A stretch of 64,000 nucleotides of DNA, from contig JBAZSW010000006.1 of NCBI GenBank assembly GCA_041662245.1, positions 10,442 through 74,441 on the forward strand, given 5' to 3'. The notes below the pieces were generated by a model. That model ran no database searches. It was not told the origin of the DNA and saw only the letters and a program-made list of their open reading frames with translations. The first letter of the stretch is position 1; each line of letters begins with the position of its first letter. The position numbers and the translations under genes are program-made. The stretch comes from Parcubacteria group bacterium. Lineage in GTDB: Bacteria; Patescibacteriota; Minisyncoccia; Moranbacterales; UBA9337. Below, piece after piece: positions 29,857-39,196 of the stretch.

Positions 29857-30522
29857 TTAAAACTTTAGATAGTTTTCCCAATAATCATACAGTTTGGCTG
29901 TGGCTTTTATATCCCGAGCACAATACTGAGCAATTTCTTTTTGTCTACCCGATTGAAACATCTCTCCAATCATCGCACCGTCTATTCCTTCTTCTTTGGG
30001 ACTTCTGATGCCAAATTGTTTAGTATAAAAATCTAGACTAAATCGACGGCTAGCTCCATAATAAGTAAATTGATCAAGCAAATCACAATGTAATTTATAA
30101 TCATAACGATAAGGAACTAAATTACGACTAGGTTTGACTTTTAAAATAGCACTTCTTAAATGAAGGAAAGGAGCATCGAAAACCCTTCCATTGAAAGTTA
30201 TTATTTGCTTATATTTCCCAATATCCTCCCAAAAGCTTTTTAACATTTCCCTTTCCGATTTTATCTTAAAAATCACACCTTCTTCTAAAAAATCACCATC
30301 TTTTTCTTTCCCTTGATAATAAGTTATCCCTTTCTCCGTAACAGGATTAAACATTCCGATAGCCACGATTTCCCCCGTCAGAGGACTGAGTGCTAAGCTT
30401 TCTTTTATTTTATTCTGTTCTTCTTCATCTTTGGCATACTTCAATAAATATTCCTTGGATTTTTCATCCAAACTCTCGAAATCTATCCCAATTGTTTCAA
30501 TATCCACAACAACCTTACTCAT
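29857..30522 (-). CDS. RNase H-like 3'-5' exonuclease domain protein (YprB/PolB-exo-like)
   Basis: N-terminal 'VVVDIETIG' DEDD-type motif; 221 aa. Confidence 0.45.
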   Translation of the reverse strand: MSKVVVDIETIGIDFESLDEKSKEYLLKYAKDEEEQNKIKESLALSPLTGEIVAIGMFNPVTEKGITYYQGKEKDGDFLEEGVIFKIKSEREMLKSFWEDIGKYKQIITFNGRVFDAPFLHLRSAILKVKPSRNLVPYRYDYKLHCDLLDQFTYYGASRRFSLDFYTKQFGIRSPKEEGIDGAMIGEMFQSGRQKEIAQYCARDIKATAKLYDYWENYLKF

Positions 30523-30531
30523 ACGAAATTA

Positions 30532-31155
30532 TTAACTATTAGTCGTTTTCTCTAATTCATCTTTAAACTCTTGATATATTTTTTCTAATTCTTCAATTTC
30601 CGCATTATCATCTTCTGCAATTCTGACTATTACTTCATGAATGGCTTTTTCTCTCTCTGCGTCAACATCGAAATCTTTTTCATCTTTTTTATCAAAAGCA
30701 TCCACTAACATAATAAGATCTTCTTCTAGGTATTGGATAAATTTATAATTTCCACCACCATTAGAATATTTATCTTTTAATTTAACAGCCACGTTTTTTA
30801 TTTCACTTATAGTTTTTTTGGTTTTAAGAAATTCTTCTTTAATGTGAGCAAAAACATCTCCATCAATCCCTGTTTCACTTACCATAACGCCCGTCTCAGA
30901 TTCGATAAACATATCCATTATTTCTTCTCCTCCAAATTTTTCCATCCCTGCCAATATAAAGACTTTCTCCGTACTAGCCAAATGGTTGATAAAATCCTTT
31001 ATAACTCCGTAGGGAGGATATCTTTTTTCCACTATCCGCCTAACCATATCAATTTTTTCCAGCTCTTGAGTAACCTTTTCTTTTTCGTTGCCCACTTGCT
31101 CAAAGTTATCATTATCCAATCTTTTTTCCGATGTATTTTCTTCTATGATAGACAT
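30532..31155 (-). CDS. hypothetical acidic protein
   Basis: 207 aa, E/D-rich, no family recognised. Confidence 0.35.
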   Translation of the reverse strand: MSIIEENTSEKRLDNDNFEQVGNEKEKVTQELEKIDMVRRIVEKRYPPYGVIKDFINHLASTEKVFILAGMEKFGGEEIMDMFIESETGVMVSETGIDGDVFAHIKEEFLKTKKTISEIKNVAVKLKDKYSNGGGNYKFIQYLEEDLIMLVDAFDKKDEKDFDVDAEREKAIHEVIVRIAEDDNAEIEELEKIYQEFKDELEKTTNS

Positions 31156-31181
31156 ATAATTTGTTTTTTAAAATTAAGAAA

Positions 31182-31661
31182 TTATTTTTTAATTCCAGCA
31201 GCTTTGGCAAAAAAATCTATTACATCTGGATCACCCATATAACATTTTCCTTCACTGTAAACAAAAGGAACTCCAATATTTTTTGGATCTAATCCGCATT
31301 TTGTGGCCGCCTGAGTTAACTCCTTGCCATTTTCCTGATTATGCCAAACTTCCTTTTTGACAAACTTAACCTTGTTATAAATATCATTTTGATCTAAATA
31401 CGCTATAACATTTTCACAATGAGGGCATTCTTCTCCGTAATAATAAATCGTACCACTGATATTCGCAACAGTTGAGCTTTCTGTCACACCTGAATTTTTA
31501 TTATTTTTCACAGACGCATCTGTTTTTGACTCTACTTTTTCAGGCACATTTTTGTTATTATCTTTTTTGTTATTTTTCAAATCTTGAAAATGCCAATAAA
31601 CAAAAAATATGCCCAATAAAACCACTGCCCCCGATAAAAACAAAATATTTCTATTCTTCAT
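31182..31661 (-). CDS. membrane-anchored thioredoxin-fold/glutaredoxin-like protein
   Basis: N-terminal TM, 'CPHCENV' redox motif. Confidence 0.5.
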   Translation of the reverse strand: MKNRNILFLSGAVVLLGIFFVYWHFQDLKNNKKDNNKNVPEKVESKTDASVKNNKNSGVTESSTVANISGTIYYYGEECPHCENVIAYLDQNDIYNKVKFVKKEVWHNQENGKELTQAATKCGLDPKNIGVPFVYSEGKCYMGDPDVIDFFAKAAGIKK

Positions 31662-31729
31662 ACATACCTCATCTGATTAGTTGAATCCTCAATAAACTCA
31701 AACAACCAAATATTTTTTAAAGTTATTAA

Positions 31730-32908
31730 TTAATTATTTAATTTTTCATATAAGGCCAATGTTTCTTTGGCCACATTATCCCAATCAAAATCTTTAGCTC
31801 TTTCTAATCCTCTTTTCTTAAATTCATCACGCATATTCTTATCATGAGAGAAACTAAATATTGCATTTGCAATTCCTTCCGTATCTATCGGATTAACAAA
31901 ATAAGCCGCATCTCTCGCTATCTCAACTAGAGAAGATACCCGAGAAACTATTGCGGGCGTTCCTGTCGCAAAAGCCTCCAGAACCGTCATTCCAAATCCT
32001 TCATAGAGAGAAGGTAGGATAAAAAATTCTGCATTTTTGAAAAGTGGCAAAAGCTCATCTCCGATAATATAACCAGCAAAAATGATATCTTTCTTTACGC
32101 CTAAATCTTTAGCAATTTGAATATATTCTTTAGCTAACCATCCACTTTTTCCTACCAGCAAAAGCTGATAATCAAATTTTTTGTTTATGTCATTCTTTTT
32201 ATTTTCTTCAATAATTTTATTTTTAAAACTTGCAAAAGCTCCCAGCATTCTAGTGATATTTTTGCTAGGTTCAATAGTTCCTAAAAATAAAATATATTTT
32301 TTTCCTACTCCTAATTTTCCCAATATTCTCTCTGCGCCATCATCTGTTCCATTAAAAAATCGTTTATCCAAACCGCTATAAATAACTTCTACCTTATTAC
32401 CCACTTTAAAAATATTATCCAAATCCTCTTTGATAGAATTAGACACAGCAATAATTTTATCCACTTTTTTAGCCATCAACTGATAAGAAACCTTATTCCT
32501 CATTAAAGTTGTCCGAGGAAAACACTCTGGAATTTTATACATCGCCATATCGTGAAAAGTTGCTATCGTTTTCCCTTTGTAAGTCGTAGGAATCCGACTC
32601 ACAGGAGAAGTCGAATGCAAGACATCCAATTTTTCCTTTGCCAAGGTAGCTGCCGTTAAAATTTCATTATAAGCACCCGGGAGATACTTGCGATAATCTG
32701 AAAAAGGATAAAAAATAATTTTAGTATTGGGCAGAGTAAATTTTTTAATATCTTTTTCTCTAGCGCGAAAGTCAAGGAAAAGAACATATTCATTTTTTTT
32801 ATCCAAATCTAAAAGATGCTTAATTAATTGATAAGTATAATGTCCCGAGCCAACCGCTTCTCCTTTTTTGGGATTTAAAATTGTGCGAGCATCTATTCCT
32901 ATACGCAT
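31730..32908 (-). CDS. glycosyltransferase family 4 (GT-B)
   Basis: C-terminal 'EGFGMTVLEAFATGTPAIVS' E-x7-E-type motif. Confidence 0.8.
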   Translation of the reverse strand: MRIGIDARTILNPKKGEAVGSGHYTYQLIKHLLDLDKKNEYVLFLDFRAREKDIKKFTLPNTKIIFYPFSDYRKYLPGAYNEILTAATLAKEKLDVLHSTSPVSRIPTTYKGKTIATFHDMAMYKIPECFPRTTLMRNKVSYQLMAKKVDKIIAVSNSIKEDLDNIFKVGNKVEVIYSGLDKRFFNGTDDGAERILGKLGVGKKYILFLGTIEPSKNITRMLGAFASFKNKIIEENKKNDINKKFDYQLLLVGKSGWLAKEYIQIAKDLGVKKDIIFAGYIIGDELLPLFKNAEFFILPSLYEGFGMTVLEAFATGTPAIVSRVSSLVEIARDAAYFVNPIDTEGIANAIFSFSHDKNMRDEFKKRGLERAKDFDWDNVAKETLALYEKLNN

Positions 32909-33135
32909 ATATTTTTTATTAATCTACTTATATCTTACTATATTATAAGGTGTTTATCAAGAAAGCTATTTTTGACAAAAATAAAAAACGCATACCTTTT
33001 CCTTAAGGTATGCGCCCAACAAAATTTGAATTATAAAAATCTAATTTTAATTTTTTCTATTTTTTGTTTTTTTAACTCAATCCAATTTGGACCAATAGAT
33101 TCAACTCCAGCTATTTCTCTCATAAAAAAGATGAT

Positions 33136-34566
33136 TTAAGAATTATTTTTTCTTCTTCTGAGCAAAACTGCCACTGTCTTAAATATTATTTGAATATCCA
33201 AAAGCAATGTCCAATTTTCTATATAATATAAGTCTAATTTATATTCATCTTCGAAATCCAAGTCTGATCTTCCCGAAACTTGCGCCATGCCAGTTATCCC
33301 CGGCTTGATAGTCAACAATCGTCTGTGATATTCTCGATATTTTTCAACTTCTCTTTTTTGATGTGGCCTAGGGCCCACCAAACTCAAATCGCCCAAAAAA
33401 ACATTATAAAACTGAGGAAATTCATCGATGGAATATTTTTCAATAAATGTTCCAATTTTAGTTTTTCTGGGATCATCTTTAATTTTATAAAGGGGTCCTT
33501 GGCGTATACTTCTTTCTTCAATTAACTTTTTCTCAAAAGCCAAAGCCTCTTTAAAATTGGGATTATTTTTATCTATACAATATTTCCATTGAAAGTAACG
33601 CAATTTAAAAACCTTTATTTCTCTGCCATGCGAACTGATTCTTTTATTTTTGTAGATAATAGGCCCTCCACGATCCTCTAATTTTATTAAAATTGCCACC
33701 ACCACTAAAATAGGAAAAGTTAAAATTATAAAGAATAAAGAAACAACGATATCAAAAATTCTTTTTATGATTTTATTCCAACCATCTAAAGGAGTGTGTT
33801 TAATTTCAATGATAGGCTCTCCAGCGAAAACTCCCATTTCAAAATGAGCAGTTTGCAAAGTAGTCGGAATAAAACGATAAGTAATATTGTTAATCGCACA
33901 AAAATCGATTAATTTTTCAATATCGTCTTCTGGAATAGTGGCATCTGATAAAATAATTTCATCAATTCCCTTATCCTCTCGAATACTTTTTACAATTGTT
34001 ACACGGGCAGTATCAATAACATCAATTATTTCATAGCCAAATTTAGGATTTCTTTCAATTATTTTCCTTAGGGTATCAATTTTACCGTTTCTACCAATTA
34101 GTAGTGTTCGGTGTACTCCGATTCTCTTATTTTTTAAAAGCCACTTTTGCACCGATTGCAATAAAAACCGAATTATTATTACATAAAAAGTCACCAAAAA
34201 CCATGCCAAAAGAATAATAAAACGAGAAGAAAACCATTCTCGTTTTAAAAAGAAAGTTACCACCACCAACATCAAAACAATAGTTGTAGCTGAAAAAACC
34301 TTCAATGATTCTTGCCAAAACTTTCTAGTAGCTCTGATATCATATAATCCTTGAGTGGCAAAAACTAAAATAAAAAAAGGAATTGCTACTAACACAATTC
34401 TCAAAAATTCATCAAAAGGAACCAATTTCAAAAGAGATTTTAATTCTAGCACCTCCCTAACCATTTCCGAGTCTCGTAACCAAAAAGCCGTAGTAGCTGC
34501 AACTAAAATAGCAATTGCATCCAAAGGAACTTGTATAGCACTAAAAAATAATTCTGATTTCTTCAT
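33136..34566 (-). CDS. polyprenyl-phosphate glycosyl-1-phosphate transferase (WbaP/sugar transferase family)
   Basis: N-terminal TM bundle plus C-terminal bacterial sugar transferase domain ('...SLVGPRP...'). Confidence 0.8.
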   Translation of the reverse strand: MKKSELFFSAIQVPLDAIAILVAATTAFWLRDSEMVREVLELKSLLKLVPFDEFLRIVLVAIPFFILVFATQGLYDIRATRKFWQESLKVFSATTIVLMLVVVTFFLKREWFSSRFIILLAWFLVTFYVIIIRFLLQSVQKWLLKNKRIGVHRTLLIGRNGKIDTLRKIIERNPKFGYEIIDVIDTARVTIVKSIREDKGIDEIILSDATIPEDDIEKLIDFCAINNITYRFIPTTLQTAHFEMGVFAGEPIIEIKHTPLDGWNKIIKRIFDIVVSLFFIILTFPILVVVAILIKLEDRGGPIIYKNKRISSHGREIKVFKLRYFQWKYCIDKNNPNFKEALAFEKKLIEERSIRQGPLYKIKDDPRKTKIGTFIEKYSIDEFPQFYNVFLGDLSLVGPRPHQKREVEKYREYHRRLLTIKPGITGMAQVSGRSDLDFEDEYKLDLYYIENWTLLLDIQIIFKTVAVLLRRRKNNS

Positions 34567-34755
34567 GTTGTTCTCTACGGATTACGAATTAATACGAATA
34601 TACCAATGCGTGAAAAATTAAAATTATTCCACAAATTACTTATTCGTATATTCGTACAAAATTTGTAATTCGTAGGAAGCCAAACTCAATCAAATAATAT
34701 TAAACGCGCAATAAATTCAAAACAATCGATAAAGCGAGTTTGAATAAAAAATCAA

Positions 34756-35358
34756 TTATCTATCAAGACAAATCTATAAGCCGGATTCTGTCCCTTAAAA
34801 ATTAATTCAAGGGGGCAATCATTTATCTAGCCATATTGTTACCAATATGATCATTAGCAGCACTCCGCCACTGCATAGCAGTGGAATAATCAAATAACAA
34901 TTTACAAGATACAAACAAATTTCAAATCTCGGAAATCAATATTTCAAACAGGTCTGTTTGAATTATTGGAAACTGATCATTGTTTATTATTTGGAAATCG
35001 CATCTTGATACTTGAAATTTCCAATGCTACGCATTGACGACACGGCCTTGCACCAAGTAGGGTTTACCACGTTCTTCTATTGCTAGAGAACGAGAATTAT
35101 AGCTACAAATTTCATTGCTTCTGCAGAAATGCCAGCAACAAAAAATAAACATTAATTCACTTTTCACGTTTCTCCCATTACTTGTAAGTAATAGGATAGT
35201 ATTGTCTCTGTGGCACTTTCCCGTGATTTATCTCGCGATAAATCAGGTGGGCATTACCCACTACCTATATGTTGATAAATCAACATAGTGTCCGGACTTT
35301 CCTCTCGATATATTTAAAAAATATATCCAGCGATTGCCCGATTTGCCTTGATAGATAA
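34756..35358 (-). ncRNA. rnpB: RNase P RNA (bacterial type A), about 600 nt with expansions
   Basis: Minus-strand 'GAGGAAAGUCCGGACAC' (P4 5' strand, + 35288-35305). 'ACAGAAUCCGGCUUA' (P4 3' strand, + 34776-34790). 'CUAGAUAAAUGAUUG' matches the E. coli 'CUAGAUGAAUGACUG' region. A 19-bp P1 helix pairs the ends (UUAUCUAUCAAGGCAAAUC / GAUUUGUCUUGAUAGAUAA). No genuine ORF in 34.57-35.50 kb. Confidence 0.8.
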
Positions 35359-35502
35359 CAAATTTTAAAATAACTTTTCATATTTCCAATCCCCCCAACT
35401 ATAGCACAAATTGACCAAAAAATCAATACCAATTACCTCTTTGAAAAATACCTTCAACTGTGCTATATTTATAGCACCTAAGTAATAATTAAAATAAAAA
35501 AT

Positions 35503-35772
35503 ATGGAAATTCTTGGAGAAACTCTCCCTCAAACACCCGAGCAGCCAAAAAGTAAACGTGAAGCGTATTTAGATCTTATTGAATCTGAAAAAGAAACAAT
35601 TAAAGATATTAAAACAAAAGAGGATTTAGCAGATCCAAACGTAAAGGTGCGTTTAAACAACTCAGAGAATCTGCTCGCTTTGCTTCAAGACGAACTGGAA
35701 GAATTAGATGATTTGGAAACATCTTCTGATGATGAAAAAGAAAATCCAGACAATATTGAATCTATACATTAA
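35503..35772 (+). CDS. small acidic hypothetical protein
   Basis: 89 aa, E/D-rich, followed by a terminator. Confidence 0.4.
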   Translation: MEILGETLPQTPEQPKSKREAYLDLIESEKETIKDIKTKEDLADPNVKVRLNNSENLLALLQDELEELDDLETSSDDEKENPDNIESIH

Positions 35773-35795
35773 AATAAGTTCTCAAAAAAACCGTC

Positions 35796-35826
35796 AGATC
35801 TATTTTATAGACTGACGGTTTTTTAA
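35796..35826 (+). terminator. rho-independent terminator
   Basis: aaccgtcag-...-ctgacggtt hairpin followed by tttttt. Confidence 0.55.
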
Positions 35827-35880
35827 GCTTTTGAAGAAATAAATCTAGGTGAATATTTTCCACCCAGAAGGGCTTAGTGA

Positions 35881-36159
35881 TTACTTGATCATTTCCATCA
35901 ATTTTTCAAGGGGTATTTGCAACAAAACATCATCCTTTATGGAATCCGTCCTCAAAGGAGAATGCAGATACCCGACATTACACATACAAAAGCATAAATA
36001 TCGGCAAGGAGGAAGATCCTCCTTTTTTGGCGCTATCACCGAAATTCCTTTTTCTGCAAAAAAGGATTCTATACGCTCCAGAACTTCTCTCATTTGAAAA
36101 CAATTCAGTTTTCTTTCCATAATCTCCCTTGCTGTGGCAAGATCTTCTCTTCTCATCAT
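35881..36159 (-). CDS. hypothetical small protein
   Basis: 92-aa ORF with SD 'AAGGGAGA' 5 nt upstream of ATG. Competes with overlapping small ORFs in other frames. Confidence 0.3.
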   Translation of the reverse strand: MMRREDLATAREIMERKLNCFQMREVLERIESFFAEKGISVIAPKKEDLPPCRYLCFCMCNVGYLHSPLRTDSIKDDVLLQIPLEKLMEMIK

Positions 36160-36303
36160 GAATTCTCCCTTTTAGATTATTTGAGCTACTCAATTATATA
36201 TATGTTAATCGAAATAACAAAATAGATATTTCGACCCTTTATGCTAACATAAAAAAGCCATTTAGTCAATCCTCTAAAGTAATGCCAAGCGATAATTCCT
36301 CTG

Positions 36304-37938
36304 TCAATCCACGAAGCATTCTTTGGGGAGAATATCTTTCCTAATTTCATCTATTTGGGGACTTATTAATTGAACAGACATTGTCCCAAAAGGAATAGCG
36401 CCATTCTCTCCTTTGTTTTTTATTAATAAAACATGATTTTGAAATATGGACTCTTCTAAAGAGCCTTTCTGATAACACCCTTTTCTCCCCTTTTCTATCG
36501 AAAGGATGTAATAAAGTGAACGCACATAACGACTTTCTCCAGAAATAAAAATAAAGCCATTGTCAGAAAAATTATTATCAATTTTTGTAGCAATGGCGCG
36601 AAGTTGCCCCAATGTCACTTTTTCCTCTGTACCAAAAACGAGATCTTTTTCCATTTTATCAGATGTTTTTCCTGCATACGAAAGATTCTTTAAATAAATA
36701 TCTGTAGAATAAAGATTTAAAAAAATAAATACTAATATTATCAAAGAAACCAATGCTTTCGAAAAATTATTCGGAATAATTTGCGCTAACCACTCTAACA
36801 AAAAAGCAACCAAAAGGAAAATCAAAGGAGTAATGCCCAAATAAAATCGAGTAGAAATTTGATAAGCAAGAAGAACAGTAATCAGAAAAAAACTACCAAA
36901 CCATATTCCAAAAAATAATAAAATTTGTTTAGTGATATCTTTTTCTTTTTTCCATTTCCAAAAACCAATCCAAATTAAAAAAGAAAAAAACAAAAGAGAG
37001 ATTACGGTTATAGGAAGATCTGTTCTGCAATCTTTATCGCATTTTAAGGAAAATCCTCGCGTAAGGATGGTATTTGTATTTTGCCCGCCAGTTGCGACTA
37101 ACCAAAAGATTTTTGCTTCTTCCTGATATGCCCGAAAAAACTTTTCATGAATTCCATGATTATTATTTTGTGAACCTTTTTCTTCAACTGTCTTTATAAA
37201 TATTTCGCTCATAGCACCCTTGTTTTTTATCTCATACAAAAAAGTCGGCGCTTGAAAGATAAAGATAACAAAAACGCATATTAAAAATTCTTTCCAGTTC
37301 AACGGTTGAAAAAGTAATAAAAACACAAGTAAACTCCCGAGAAGGCTCAGTGCTACAACAAAATGTAATTGAAATATTATGCCCGTGCATATTGATAAAC
37401 CCACTAAAATCCATACTCGTGATTTATTTTTTCCAATAGAAAGAGCAAAAAATAAGGCCAACAAAGTCGAAAAAAACGGCAAACTATTTGGATTCCAAGC
37501 GAATCTTGAGAACGTAACCAAAAAAAGCGAAACACTTGCCAGACCAGTCACTCCCAAAGCTATCCAATTTGAAACAAACATCCTTAATAGGAAAAAGAGA
37601 ACCGGAATAGTAAGAATACCAAAAAAAAGATCGGGATAGGCAAAACTCTCGGGACTTGCTCCAAAAATTTTACCTGAAAAATATTGAAAATAATAAAAAA
37701 TAGGACCCAGATGAAGCTCACTTCCTCTAGCCTGAGGTCCGCTGAGAGGAAGCTTATCAATGCCCTCGATGATAGCTTTATTGACAATAAAAGAATCTCG
37801 GGATTGATCAGATTGAAAAATCAACCAATCTCCAAAATGGATAGAGCGAAAAAAAATCCCAACACCAAAAATAAATATAAATATTATTACATTTAAAAGA
37901 AATCTCTTATTATTAAAAATAAAATGTTTTTTAAGCAT
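36304..37938 (-). CDS. polytopic membrane glycosyltransferase (GT39/ArnT-PMT-like)
   Basis: 544 aa, more than 10 TM helices, overall GT-C-like architecture. Confidence 0.45.
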   Translation of the reverse strand: MLKKHFIFNNKRFLLNVIIFIFIFGVGIFFRSIHFGDWLIFQSDQSRDSFIVNKAIIEGIDKLPLSGPQARGSELHLGPIFYYFQYFSGKIFGASPESFAYPDLFFGILTIPVLFFLLRMFVSNWIALGVTGLASVSLFLVTFSRFAWNPNSLPFFSTLLALFFALSIGKNKSRVWILVGLSICTGIIFQLHFVVALSLLGSLLVFLLLFQPLNWKEFLICVFVIFIFQAPTFLYEIKNKGAMSEIFIKTVEEKGSQNNNHGIHEKFFRAYQEEAKIFWLVATGGQNTNTILTRGFSLKCDKDCRTDLPITVISLLFFSFLIWIGFWKWKKEKDITKQILLFFGIWFGSFFLITVLLAYQISTRFYLGITPLIFLLVAFLLEWLAQIIPNNFSKALVSLIILVFIFLNLYSTDIYLKNLSYAGKTSDKMEKDLVFGTEEKVTLGQLRAIATKIDNNFSDNGFIFISGESRYVRSLYYILSIEKGRKGCYQKGSLEESIFQNHVLLIKNKGENGAIPFGTMSVQLISPQIDEIRKDILPKECFVD

Positions 37939-37975
37939 CTAAATCTAAAGATTATCGTTACTTCTTGTGAAAACA

Positions 37976-39196
37976 TTACAGCTCCTGCAATTCTTCCATT
38001 AATCTCATGTAGAATTTCAGATTGTGGATAGAGGCTAAACGCATTCCCAATGGATCGCCCAAACGAAACAGATGATTAAGATAAGCCCGCGTATAATTTT
38101 GGCAAAGCTCACAATCACAATTTTTATCCACTGGCCCAAAATCATTTTTAAATTTTCCGTTTCGGATGTTAACTATTTCATAAAATAATTTTTGGTTTTT
38201 TGAATTTGGGTTTTTGAATTTGTTTGGAAATTGGGAATTGGAAATTGGGAATTCAAATTGTTTATTGGAAATAAACAATCTACCATGTCTTCCTTCTCTA
38301 GTCGGGATCACACAATCAAACATGTCCCAGCCTAATTTATAACATTTGATAATATCCTCTGGCGTTCCCACTCCTAAAGCAAAACGCAATGATTTTTCAG
38401 GAATAAAATCAGCAGTCGCTTTTAAAATTTTATCCATGAAAACCCCTTTTTCGTCAATATGACGCGCGCCAAATCCATAGCCATCCCAATCTCTCCCCAC
38501 TTCACGACCAACATCAATTAGACCTTCAACGCATCTTTTTCGTAAATCAACATATTTTCCTCCTTGCACTACTGCAAAAATAAGTGGTCTAGTTTTAGCT
38601 GTTAATTTTCTTTTTTTGATTTGCTTATTATATTCAATCAGGCATCTTTTGGCCCAACTAATCGTTCGCTCTACGGCTGAAGATATTCTTTCCTTTGAAT
38701 AATTATTAGGTGGCGGATCATCAAAACAAACTAACATGTCCACCCCCAAATCAAATTGGATCTGAATGGATTTTTCGGGAGTAATAGTGTGTTTTTCTCC
38801 GCTAGCAGGAGAACGAAAAACAACTTCATTATCAGTAATTCTACCCATTTGAGGATTCTTATGAATTAAAGAAAAAACTTGATATCCGCCACTATCCGAA
38901 AGTAGTGGTTTATGATAATTCATAAATTTATGTACTCCACCTGCCTTTTTGATAGTTTCCATTGTTGGTTGCAAAAAAAGATGGTAAGTATTTACCACCA
39001 TAGGAACCACTCCTGCTTTTTCCAGATCGTCATTACTTAAAAATTTTACCAACGCCCGCGTCGCATCCGGCATAAAAAACGGAGTTTTTAACTTTCCGTT
39101 TTTTGTAGTAATTATTTGATGCCTAAATTTATCCATCTTTATTTTTAATTTATCTTTTACCTGTAGTAAAATTAATGTCTTCCAAGGTAAACTCAT
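37976..39196 (-). CDS. tgt: queuine tRNA-ribosyltransferase
   Basis: Catalytic 'LSDSGGYQVFSL'; zinc site 'CDCELC...H'. Contains a low-complexity insertion encoded by tandem repeats at 38180-38280. Confidence 0.85.
   Translation of the reverse strand: MSLPWKTLILLQVKDKLKIKMDKFRHQIITTKNGKLKTPFFMPDATRALVKFLSNDDLEKAGVVPMVVNTYHLFLQPTMETIKKAGGVHKFMNYHKPLLSDSGGYQVFSLIHKNPQMGRITDNEVVFRSPASGEKHTITPEKSIQIQFDLGVDMLVCFDDPPPNNYSKERISSAVERTISWAKRCLIEYNKQIKKRKLTAKTRPLIFAVVQGGKYVDLRKRCVEGLIDVGREVGRDWDGYGFGARHIDEKGVFMDKILKATADFIPEKSLRFALGVGTPEDIIKCYKLGWDMFDCVIPTREGRHGRLFISNKQFEFPISNSQFPNKFKNPNSKNQKLFYEIVNIRNGKFKNDFGPVDKNCDCELCQNYTRAYLNHLFRLGDPLGMRLASIHNLKFYMRLMEELQEL

Noticed and set aside
34127-34621. ORF-track ORFs 34127-34318 (-) and 34355-34621 (+), plus nothing else in the 34.57-35.50 kb gap
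   Set aside because: The 34355-34621 ORF extends into the RNase P RNA and the terminal hairpins. Low-complexity translations. No real protein gene is called here.
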